This document shows positions 25,401 through 37,400 of a stretch of 64,000 nt of DNA, one piece after another. Position 1 is the stretch's first letter. Each line of letters opens with the position of its first letter. A program made the translations under genes and the position numbers. Location of the stretch: contig CM119268.1 of the NCBI GenBank assembly GCA_051294375.1, forward strand, positions 674,987 through 738,986. The letters are read 5' to 3'. The DNA is from Paraspadella gotoi (lineage: Eukaryota > Animalia > Chaetognatha). The notes under the pieces are model-generated. The model worked only from the letters and a program-made list of their open reading frames with translations. It was not told where the DNA came from and did no database searches.

Positions 25401-28400
25401 GGGTTTACGGTTGTAGTTCAGAATTAGGTTAGGGATTAGGGCTAGAGGTTTAAGAATATTTAGATTAAATATTAAGGTTTCAATTAAATTCTAATATAAA
25501 TAGCGTGCACTGGGAAAGAGATTGAATGGGAAGAAGGGGATTGAATAAATAACTTATGAATGCCATCGAATTAATTAATGAAAATGACTTAACATGAAGA
25601 GTGAATGTATGGCGTGCTAAAAAATTTAGTTCTGCATAAAAATTAAAAAATATGAACCTGCAATCAATTTTTTATATATAAATTAATGTAAGGAATTGTA
25701 TAAAGTGAGTAGCACGGCGATCCTGTAGTTTAATACGCTCGGGAGGCTTATGGGAAATGAAAAAAAATTTAAAAAAAATATAAAAAAAAATTAGGACCAT
25801 AACAATGATTTTAAAAATGTTAAATTTATTGGATAAATTATCTTTAACCTTAATTTACCCATAATCCTATCTTACCTTTAATCCTAATCCTTAATTTACC
25901 CATAATTTCATTTTACCTCTAATCCCATCTTTCCGCTAATCCCACCTTGCCTCACTGGCGAAGTCGCCAACCAACTAAAACTTACCCATAATCCCATCTT
26001 ACCCCTAACCTTACCTTACTTAACCTTAATTCGCCCTTAATTTACCCCTGACTATAACTTACCCCCTAACTTACCCCCTGACTCTAACTTTACCCCTAAC
26101 CTTAAACTCACCCCAATTTACCCCTAACCTTAACTTACACTTAACCCTAACTTACCCTTAACCATAATTTGCCCCTAAACCCTAATTTACCCCTAACCTT
26201 AACTTACCCTTGATTTATTTTTAATTCTAATTTACCTTTTTCTTAATTTATATTTAATCTTAATTTTTATTAATATATTTACCCAAATATTAATATAACA
26301 ATAACAAATATTAAAAAATATGAATTCCTTTAATTTTCTTATCAGAAATTATTCTCTTCCGTTCTGTTTTGTTCTTTTTTTTATGTTAAATCATTAAAAA
26401 AAATTTGTTCTTTGTTTTCCCATAGACCTCTGGAACTTATTAAACTCCAGGAATGCCAACATATTTTAAATTATTTTTTAAATTTAAAAACTATTATAGT
26501 TTGGATCAATTATTCTTGCAAAAAATTAAATTTTAAAATATAAACTAATCAAGAAAATTAGCCCCACCCCATTTCAGTTATTAAATTCTACAACGACATT
26601 GAAACCTTTGGGCGACATTTGGCAGCGCAAGAATCGAGATATGACAAAGGTTTGAATCAAATCCATTTGACTGAATTCTATTTTTAGGACAAAGACTCAT
26701 TTCACATATACAATATTGCTTCAGTTAAATAGCTAACACTAAGATAAATTTATCTTCTTTATGTTGTAATTTAAATTTTAAGTATCTATATTAGAAGGCT
26801 AAAAGAATTTTATTTTACAAACGGCTGTTTTTTTAAAAATAAAATATTCCAGTATAATCTCATCTCCCTCGCCGCCCCTCTTAAAGTTGGAGAATTCCAC
26901 GGAAGAGTTCAACGATGTGGGATCAGCGATACTTGGAAGGGATGCTCAATCTGATGGCGACGATCGAATCGGAGGACGGGAAGCAGACAGGAAGCAGACG
27001 GGAAGCAGACGGGCAATGTTCATGTTCATTACTGGTTTGATTTTTAGTTTTTTTGACTTTTTTAAAAACTTTTTCAACTTAATTTTTTTTCCTTCAGATA
27101 CGTCGACGCAACGACAACCCGCAACGCGTCGTCCCGGCGTCTCGGTATCAATTCTATGCGTGTTTACTCGGAGTCGCCTCCGCTTCCAATGGGCGTTTAC
27201 ATGGTTTGCGCCAGCGTCGCCGCTGGGCACCTTCCATCCACGTCCCTCTATCCCGGTTGCTATGCGCCATATTTGCTTGGCACTGCGTGCTCGGACGGAT
27301 CCTTGCGTTTCTGGATAGATCGACCTTGTCAGGAATGGAGCGAGTGGGAGATGTTTTCCAAAGCGAAGGCCAGGTTTGGTATTTCTTTTTGTCAAGCTCA
27401 ATAATATTTATATTTTTTTGGTTTCATTGAAAATTTTTCTTTGGTTTCCAGCGTCGTTGAGGTTCTCGGATTACCGGTGACACTTAGTTGCGCCTACTCA
27501 GGAAGATTCTGCATCGCGTATCTAGACGGATGCTAAGTCTCTAGAGGAAGACTCTTCGCTGCAGGTAAAAATTGTTTTTCGGCATCAGTTATAATAAAAA
27601 ATATTAATGAAATATTTTTAAATTAAAAGTAATCTTTCAACCTCAGTGCGACTCGTCTTCCACTCAAAACCACGTAATACTTCACTTTCGTCGAGACCGC
27701 ATTCCTAAGATTAAAAATCTGTCTTAACGTTGCCGACTTCGTGGCCATGAAGGAGAGGAGGAACAACACCGCCAAGTCCGTTGATCCTTTTTCTCTTCTT
27801 TTTTCCTTTTTACCCCCACTAATCTTTTTTGATAATGCCTCCCACCTGGAATCTTTTCCATTTAAATTTAAATTTGCATTTTAATATTAATCCTTTTATT
27901 AATCCCACCAAACCCGTTGTTATTCAGGAAGACCAACCACGGATGCTCACCCCCGATCTCGGTCTTTTGCCCTTTGCTACTTAGTTTACCCGCCAAGCAA
28001 CATCTGTAAGAACGCCACCTTCAACGTTGCCAATTTCATTACATCTTTAAGGAATGTGATTTGAAAATTTGGACTGAAATTACACGATGAACCAAAGAAT
28101 GTGAACTCTCGTGAAATTCTTTAGTTTTATTTGACAAAAGACTTAACTATTAGTTTTTGGCACCCAATTAATTTATAACAATTTTGGTAATGCCTGGAAA
28201 ACATAGGGGGCGATATATCTCCAACTGGCATAGGGGTTGTGGACCTTTGGTGATCCCTTGTGGTTACTGGCCAGTTTAAACGGCTCCGTCACCTCGTACC
28301 ATGATACCCAGAGATTTAACCAAGAACGCACAGTTAAGAATAGATGATTTTACCTACTCGGCCATTGGCGAGGCTGAAAAAGTTGAAAATTTTAAAAATG

Positions 28401-31400
28401 CAAGAAATTTATAGAATCCTTTTTTTTTAAATTGCGTTGTCTCAACTCTTACCTTTAACACTACTTTCGTTAGTTTTGTTTTGTAATAAAAATATTGTTT
28501 TGAAATTAATTAATTTTCCTTAATTGTTGTTCATCGAGATATTAGAAATTATAATGAAAGGAGTTACTGATATGTTTGCTTTATTTTCTAAGACTAGTAT
28601 GCTAGCTTTATTGAAAGAATACATATTTGGCTGTCCTTATTAAGTCATAAATTTTGTTGCCGTTACTATTGTGGGAAATAAAGTAGAAATAATGTGAAAT
28701 TGAACATGAAAAGAAAATTCATCGGGATTCATACGGTTGGATTCTTGCTGGTCGAGCTCTAGGTATTCTTTTTCCGAGATGGCAGTTGGACCTCAAAACT
28801 ATCTTTTCCGCGAGGTTCCACAACTGTAAATGATTTTGCTTGGATATCAAAACGGTAATGATACAGTTATATCTAGGCTACAATTTGGTTAAGACAAGAA
28901 AGCAATCTCAATCACTCATTTTAATGTAATATTTTTTTATAATTATATGTATATAATTAAACCAAATAACATTTGTTTAGTTTTTCACAATGAATTTTTA
29001 TTTGTATAGTAGCAGACATGTTTCGAACGTGTATTTCGTTCTTCATCAGTGCTTTGATTCGTTGTGAAAAACTAAAAAAATGTTATTTCGTCTAATCATT
29101 CTACCAACGAAAAGAAAGATTTACAAACAATGTATATAATTATAATTTATTGATTTGATTTTAAAAAATATTAAGAATTTTTAAAAAATGACATGGGTTG
29201 TGAAGAAAATAAAACTTAAGCAAACACAGTTCATCCCTTTTGGTTAAATTTTTTTTCAAAAATTACTTTGTTATAATGTAAGACACGAGCCACCTTGATT
29301 CTCTCATCCCTCTCCGTCGATGGTCTTCACCCTCTCTTCCGTTTAGTTTGGCTAAATCCTAATCATAATTATATTATTATGATTTGATTTCCTCAAATAT
29401 ATTGTTTCAATTTGGTATAAATTTCAATATGCGGTGATAACTTACTTTCACCCACCGGGATTTTAACGTCTTTTGTAAAACTCTTTAAATTCTTAAATAC
29501 TTTTTTAAAATTATTAATTACCACAACCTTAAACACTCTTAACCCTAACCACCCCTAAACTACCCTATCCCTGGTCGGCAAAAGTAAAATTATGCCTCAA
29601 TGAGCTATTTTCTCTGTCCCATGTCAATTTATTATATTCTATCTGATATTTTTTTCTGAATTGTTAATTATCAGAGCTAAAATCTATGATGTTTCTTTAT
29701 TTTTCTTTTTATAATCTCTCCGAATTATCTTTTTTTACTTCGAGCCCAAAATTTTTATTTTACGTTGAGATTTTTACGGTAGCGCATGATTTTATTTTAA
29801 TTTTGGTCGCCAAGCAAATTTGGTAAATCGACAGATTTTGCGGAAAATATTTTCCGCAAAATCTGTCGATTCTGAGAAAAAACAAGTCCTGACGCTTTCC
29901 ATTAAGTTAAAAGGATGCGGTTTTTTTTGATTAATCAACGTCAGTATGTACATCATCTTTTAAAATTAATAAATGGGTTGAAAATATTCTGTTTATTAAA
30001 AATAAATGCAAGTCACAAAAAGTCACAAATTAATAGCCGTCTTTAAAAATTATTTGTGGCTAAACGAAATGGGTTTTTTTAATAATTTTGTAGGTATTAA
30101 AAGCTTATTCAATAGGCTATATTTTCTGTTAATTTAAACCAATTTGAACAATTTTTGTTTAACAAATTATGATAAAAACTGAAAATGAACTTTTTTGACT
30201 TGTCAACTTTAAAATTAATTCATAAGCAAACTATAAATTATTTAAGGAAAAAAATTTACCCAGAGGCGAAGAAGATATGGAAGAACGGATTTCCAAAATA
30301 AAAAATTTTTCTCAACTTTCCTTGGCATTCAAATCAGTAGACGAAAATGAAAATGGACAAAAATGGACATGATTTTTTTTCCTAAATATTGCAAAAATTG
30401 TACTTTTTTATCATTAGAAATAGGTCGAGATGATTTTAATCAATCCCTAGTTCGTCCCAATTAGTATTGTAGTACAAATTAAATTAAAATTATAAGTAAC
30501 AACTGAACAATATTGAAAAAGGTTGTTTTTTGGCTAAATGCGACGTTTGTAAGCGGAACAAGGTGGAGTGATAAAAAAATTTAACATTTTTTACTGCCTA
30601 TGGACATATAATTAATAAATTTTAAATACTTTAAAAAAATTTTAAACATAACAATATAATAAATTAAATTATGTAATAATATCCTAATAAAATCATATAA
30701 TATAAAATTTTTTTTTATATTTACAATTTTTTAATTGATTCTGATAGAGCTAAAAAATTAAACAAAATATATTAAAACTTTTTAAAATTTTAATATTTTA
30801 TTACCAAAAATTAACAAAAACTACTATATTATCAGATGATGATGATAATAATTTTTTAAAGTTTTTCTTGATTTTAGTAGGTTAACCACTTATTAAAATA
30901 TTGAGAAAAAAAATTTAAATTTTACTTTTGCCAACATCGGTTTTAGCAATTTTAAAAAACAATTTGAAAATACTTATTTTTTAAAAAAATATTAATAAAT
31001 TACCCTGACCCTAAATCTTTTTAACCTTAACCACCCTTAATCCTAAACCACCCTTAAACCACTCATAACACTACCCTTACCTAGTACTTAACCCTTCCCT
31101 AACCCTGGCCAGCGAAACTAAAAATAACCAAAAAAGAATTATACTTATAAAGACAACTTTTCATGAGCTATCTGAATCTGCATTTAAATATAAAATTTTA
31201 AAAAATTTTTTAATTTTTTATTTATAAATAATATTAAAAAAATAATTATTAATGCTTTTGGTCCAATAAATTTTTTCAGAAATATATGAAATTTTATTTG
31301 AGAAGGTTTTCAAATCAAACTTCAGACTTGCTTCATTGATAAAATTAATTAAAAAAAATTAAAAAATCCTAATTTTTTACTTCTCCCCCCAAATATTAAA

Positions 31401-34400
31401 TTAACAAATTTTTAATAATATATTTTTTAAAACTTTTTATGAAGAATCTAAATCTTTATTAAAAGTTTAAAAAATGTTTTTAAAATTTACTATTTATAAA
31501 AATATTATTACAAATATATTAGATTTTATTATTCTATTCCCAAACTATATGAATATTATAATTAATCATATTATCTCACATCTAAATATTTTTACTTAAT
31601 TACCCAATATTTTTTTATTTTTAACTACTGCACAGATCAATAAAATATAATCTTATAATTTTTATAAATTTTTATTTTTTTATGAAATTGTACAACCAAT
31701 ATAAAAACTTATCTATTATTTAAATAAATAACTATCTTGCTCCTGACTTTGGACAGGCTTTGAATAGTTTAAGACTTACCATACTTTACAAGATTAATAC
31801 ATAGCAGGTCCTGAAAGCTATTAATCAAAACTTTAATATTATTAATGTATCTAAAGATAAAAATATATTTATTTATAAAAATTAAATTTTATAATTTTTA
31901 ATACCATTCTTTTTTGGACATATGAATTAAAATTTATTATCGAATCAATCTTAATAAAAATAATAATCTTTTTAATATTATTATTTTAATTAAAATATAT
32001 TTAAAAAATAAATATATATAAAAAAATAAATAATAATTAAACAGTTGCTATAAAATTTTTTTCCATCATGGTAAGAAAACGGGATTGAATCCCACACACA
32101 TGTGACACTAGACAAGCGTCAAATTTCTGATAGATTTTTTCGTTTTGTCGCGGCTGCGGCGGTCATCGCGGAACGGAAAATGAGAGCACAGAGAGGCGTT
32201 GAAAAAGTTAATTTCAGCGGCGCCCCACCAAATGTTTTCACGTTTTTCACAAGTCGATGGCGGCGATGGCGACCTTGGCAGTGCAGAAAATGAAAATTTA
32301 AAAAAAAAAACACGTGGCGAATGAAGAGAGTCGAGACATTTCCATGGCAACTGTTAGAAAAGTGATATTGAGACACGATAACATGAGAAATTTGGTTTTG
32401 AACGAGGACCTGATCACGCATTAGATGATTAGGCGGTGTAAGAATTTCGAGAGCGACTAGTAGCGACGACGAGCGACAAGTAGCGAAAACAGCGAAAAAA
32501 AGCGAAAACAGCGAAACCAGCTCCATTAAATAATAAATTTCACAATGAAACCATGAAAACTACGCCTTTGTTCCACAGATTTGGAAAGTTCAGACACTGA
32601 ACTATCCAAATATCAAATAATAATGGTAAGTTAACGTCGTCTTCAGGTGCAAATTAAAGCCTCTACTAAAAGTTGGTTTAGGACTTTTTAATGAGATAAT
32701 TTTAACAAGCGAATTAGCTTAGCCGCTTGGCAAGACACTAAACTAAATATATGTATTGTGACGAGTTCTCTTTTTAGTATCAGCGCTAGACGAGGGACAG
32801 TTAAACTTGACATAAATTCTTAATGTAGTATTATGTTTTACTGGCTTTGTTTCATATCAAGACCTTTACCAATTTTCTTGTTCCCGCAAAGGAAGATACC
32901 TAGGACCTTAGAGGTTCAAATACTAATAACACTTTTTACTTTATTTGTTGGATCAGGTGCAAATATTGTAAAATATAGCAATGAACGGACATTTTCGAAT
33001 AGAGGACCAGTTTTAAAATGCTCATTATTGTACCAGGACCATTATTTATATTTTTTTTTTGCATTAAAATGAGTTCAACGATTGTCTTAGATAGATTCCT
33101 CTGTCATAATTTTTAATTTTGCAAACCATTTTTACTTTTCTTTTCTATAACCTTTTTTTGACACGCAAAACGTTTCTTGATTACGCGAGAAGAGAATGTG
33201 TAAAAAATTAAAAATAATAATACCAATAAGTTAGAGTTATGTCTAAATAGATGGAAAAAAAACCTGTTTAAAAATTTGATCGGGAAGAGGGGTAACTAAG
33301 CTTACCAACGTATCCTCATGCAGATACGTATCTCGCAATTAATTATTTTAATTTAATACTTTAGAAAGGGAAAAAAAAATTCAGAATGCGGGTGCGATCA
33401 ATAAGGTAGAAAGTTTTTAAAGTTTGACTTCATGTCTAGGCTTGGGGCAAAAGCAATTGAAATAATTCTACCTTTTAATCAGTTAAATGATGACATTAAG
33501 ATAGTAGATTTTAATTTTTTTTTCCTTGTTAATTTTATAAAGAAATAAAAGAATTAAATTTCCTTTTTTTTATTTAAAAGAAAATTTAGCAATACAATTC
33601 AACACAATGATGTCTTGCTTTGTCAAATATGTCAGCAGTTAGTAATTTTTTAAAATTTTATTATGATAAACAAGCAGTATATTCAAGCTTTTTTTTGCAG
33701 TTGAAGATAATGAAAATGAATTTTTTTTTTCACAGACAAGAAGGTGAGTCCAGACTGTTTATATCAAGCTAAAACATTTTTTATTTATCATTTTTCATAT
33801 TTAAAAAACATTTTATCAAGCTACTACAAATTTTTGCTTGTTTTTTATTTAACTAAAATACAAGCAATTTTATAGTAGAGAAAATTTAATGTAATAAAAT
33901 GTAATTCAGTCTTCCCTTTTTCAATACAAAAGAAAAACAAAAAATTCATATGCCTTCATAATTTTATAACAAAAAAATTGTTATACTTTTAACTATGATT
34001 TAAAAAAACTGTGTAAAGATTTATGATAAATTTAATCTAAACTTTAGAAAGTGTGTCCCATGATTAGGGCTTTAATTTGATACCACACCACCTTGCTTCT
34101 CTTTTTTTCAAAAGTTATCCAAGAAAATAACTTTTTTACAATCGGAGAACTAAGGATTTGAACTACGCAGTACAAATCTTTGTTAAATAAAAATTTCGGC
34201 AAGCGGGAGTATCTCACTTAATCCTATTGGTACAATACTTAAATTTTAAAATAATACTTAAAGAAAAAATTTTCTTCATCTAGAGACCTATCACTTTCAG
34301 ATGTACACATTGTCTTGCTCATTTATGGCTTTTGCTTTAAGAAATCAGCAAAACGTTTCCTCTTTTTTTAAATAGTTAGTACTAGCGCGTCAGAAATCTT

Positions 34401-37400
34401 TAGAGAAACTCGAAAATTTTATTCTGATAAATTTTGCCTTGAAGGCTGACGTTTATGACCATATCTCGGAAACTATTGTAGGAATTTTAAAACGGTTTTT
34501 TGCAAGTGAATATTGACATCATCCTCCAGGACTGGCATAAAAATATATAAAAAAATAAATTAAAATTAGCTCTCATATGAGGTATCTATCTTAGAGAGGA
34601 AACTTGTAATAAATTTAAAAATATTCTTTAGGATTTACAGTAAAGTACGAAAAAGAGACAAATCAAAGGAAAACCGCTCGCGGAGTAATCGTTTTAATGG
34701 CTTTAAATACTACTAAACTATTTCTGGATTTATGTTGTTCCACCGACTTTAGATACTAAAAACCATGTACTATCAAAAACCATTCGTAGTTGGCAAGTAT
34801 TTAAGCGCTACTGGTGCAACTTTCGTCATGAACCAAAAAAAGCTGGAAAAAATTCGATCGCTCAAATTTTTTTTCTTCGCGAAGCGACATATCTAATAAC
34901 AATAAAGGTGAATAAGTTAGCTAATGAGATGCAAGTAAAAATGAAATAGAAGAATAAGTGGTTAGAGATGGATAGTAAGGCGGGTCAAAATTAACTTAAA
35001 TTTATAATAGGGACGATTCCGCAATCTATTTCAATGGTCCATGATACAATCTTCTCATCTGCCTAAAAAATTTAGAAAAAATTTTCAGTATCACACACGG
35101 AGACATTTCTTTGTCCAAATAACTAAACTCTTCTAATCACAATTTTCTCGCATTCTGATTGGCTGAAAGAGTCACGTGACACCAATTTTCTTTTCTTGAT
35201 CATACTCATTAGTAATTAAAGATTATTAATCATGCAAAAGTGTATTTCCAATTTATATTATTTTTTGGACAAAAATACAAATCTTTCACATATAATAATT
35301 AAAACATAAAATAATTGATAAGAGACATGTACTGAGCGGGATTCGAGAGTAATAACATATAAACGAGTTTTATAAACAGACCATAACCTGAGTACAATAA
35401 ATGGTCAGAGAGAAAAAAAAGAGACTACAGTTTTCGCGAATTTTTTGTTTTCACATTGAATTCGTTGACGGTCTATGACGCACGATGCACGATGCCAAAG
35501 TCGACGAGACAGCAGAGGCGATCTCCGCGTCAAGCGATCCGAAACTCCCAATCGCATCGCATCGCGTAACATCGTTCGAAGTGGCGGAATTCGATGAGAC
35601 TCCTCTAAAAAGTTTAAAATATGTTCTTTATTTTCTTTAAGATATTTTTTTTTTTAATGCTAATTTTTTTTTTAAGAGAAAACAAGTTGGTGAGAGAGCA
35701 GAGAGGAGAGGAAAAGTGAGAGAGATATGAAGTTTTTCTCTCTCTCTCTCTCTTAATTAAAGGATACTGGTGATAAGTACAACTATATATTATTCAAGGA
35801 TATAATACAAAATACATATATATTAATAAATATATAATATATATAATTATTAGTATATTATATATAATTATATATTACTACATACTAAATATGACCTTAT
35901 ATATTATCAAGGCTATTATACAAAATTTATGCAGTTCAAATCTACCTTCAAATTACCTTTCTCTCTTCGGACTTCTGTAACTTTTTGGTCATCGGATAAT
36001 CGATTCGTCCAGAATCCCGGTAATGTTGAGTAAAAATGAACTCCTTTTCGTTGGAAATATTTTGCCGGCCAGATCGCACCGCTTGCGCGAGAATAAATGT
36101 TTATAATTTCTCTCGCGACGTCATCGAAGAGCGCAAAATCCACCCGCCGTCCTCCTTCCTATAAAATATACCAATCCATTACATGTTTCGGCTCACATTC
36201 AAGCCTTCATCAGCGTCAATTCGGTTTTGAATTATGTAAAAAAGTTTGTACAAAGGAAAGAGAGAGAGAAATAAAGAGAGAGGGCAAAGTTTCCAACAAT
36301 AATTCAAACGTCTTTTAAACCCAATTAATTTAAAGTTATGAGTTTGTGAAATATCCTTTTATTTGACGCCTGCAAATAAAGCGCTTAAGNNNNNNNNNNN
36401 NNNNNNNNNNNNNNAGTGCACAAGAATGAGATGTCCCGGGATACGTTTCCGGACCTTTGGGCTACACAAAAAAAGGGTAAACAAATTTTTCCTAATGACA
36501 GTTTTTTTATAAATTAATATTAAAATTAGCTATATAAAATCACTAAAGTAGAATAAAAAAAAAAATGGTTTAAATTTTTTTAAAAATGAAAATATCATGC
36601 ATCATCCATAATCTATGAACAATATTCTTTCGTTTGAGTCCATAACCATTATTCTATCTTTAATAGTTTATTTTGTAATTAATTTTTCTTTATTAAAATA
36701 TTATTTTAATTTTTTTTCAGATAATTTAAATTAAAAAAAATTATAACTATGCCAAATGATTGAAGAAAAATTTATATTATAAGGGACTTACCTACCTCAT
36801 ATAGGCTTTCAAATACATATATAGTAAGTTTATTATGATGATGTTTTGATATAGAAAATAAATAATTTATAAAATTAAATATATGAAAAAAATTTTAACT
36901 TTGAATTTTTTTTAGCATAATAAACATAATTATTAATTAATTGTTCATGATGCTTTTAATAGCTACTGGTCAGTTGTATCATTCTCAATTATAATAATTT
37001 ATAACTTTTTTATTTTTAATAATACTGACTGCTATATTTACTTACTTTTGACAAAATCCAAAAATTACTGGTATTAAAAATTATGTATGAAACAGACGAA
37101 AACTTTTTTTTAAATCACATGCTATTTAATTGTTTGAACTGATATAATATTATCCTAAGTTGTAGTTCATTCAAATAGCGATGTCGCCGGCGATTCACGC
37201 ACGAGTTGCAGGTGTGGTTCTAGTTGGTTGGCGACTTCGCCATGGCAATATCGCCAGGGCTTTGGCGATGTCGCCAGTCCCCCCACTGGCGACCTCGCCA
37301 GTGATAAAAGTAGCGAATATAATGAAAAGCGCAGCTAACACGGGGATGAACATCACCTTCAGGCTCCTCTCCCAACCCTAACCCTAAACTAAACCTCCCG

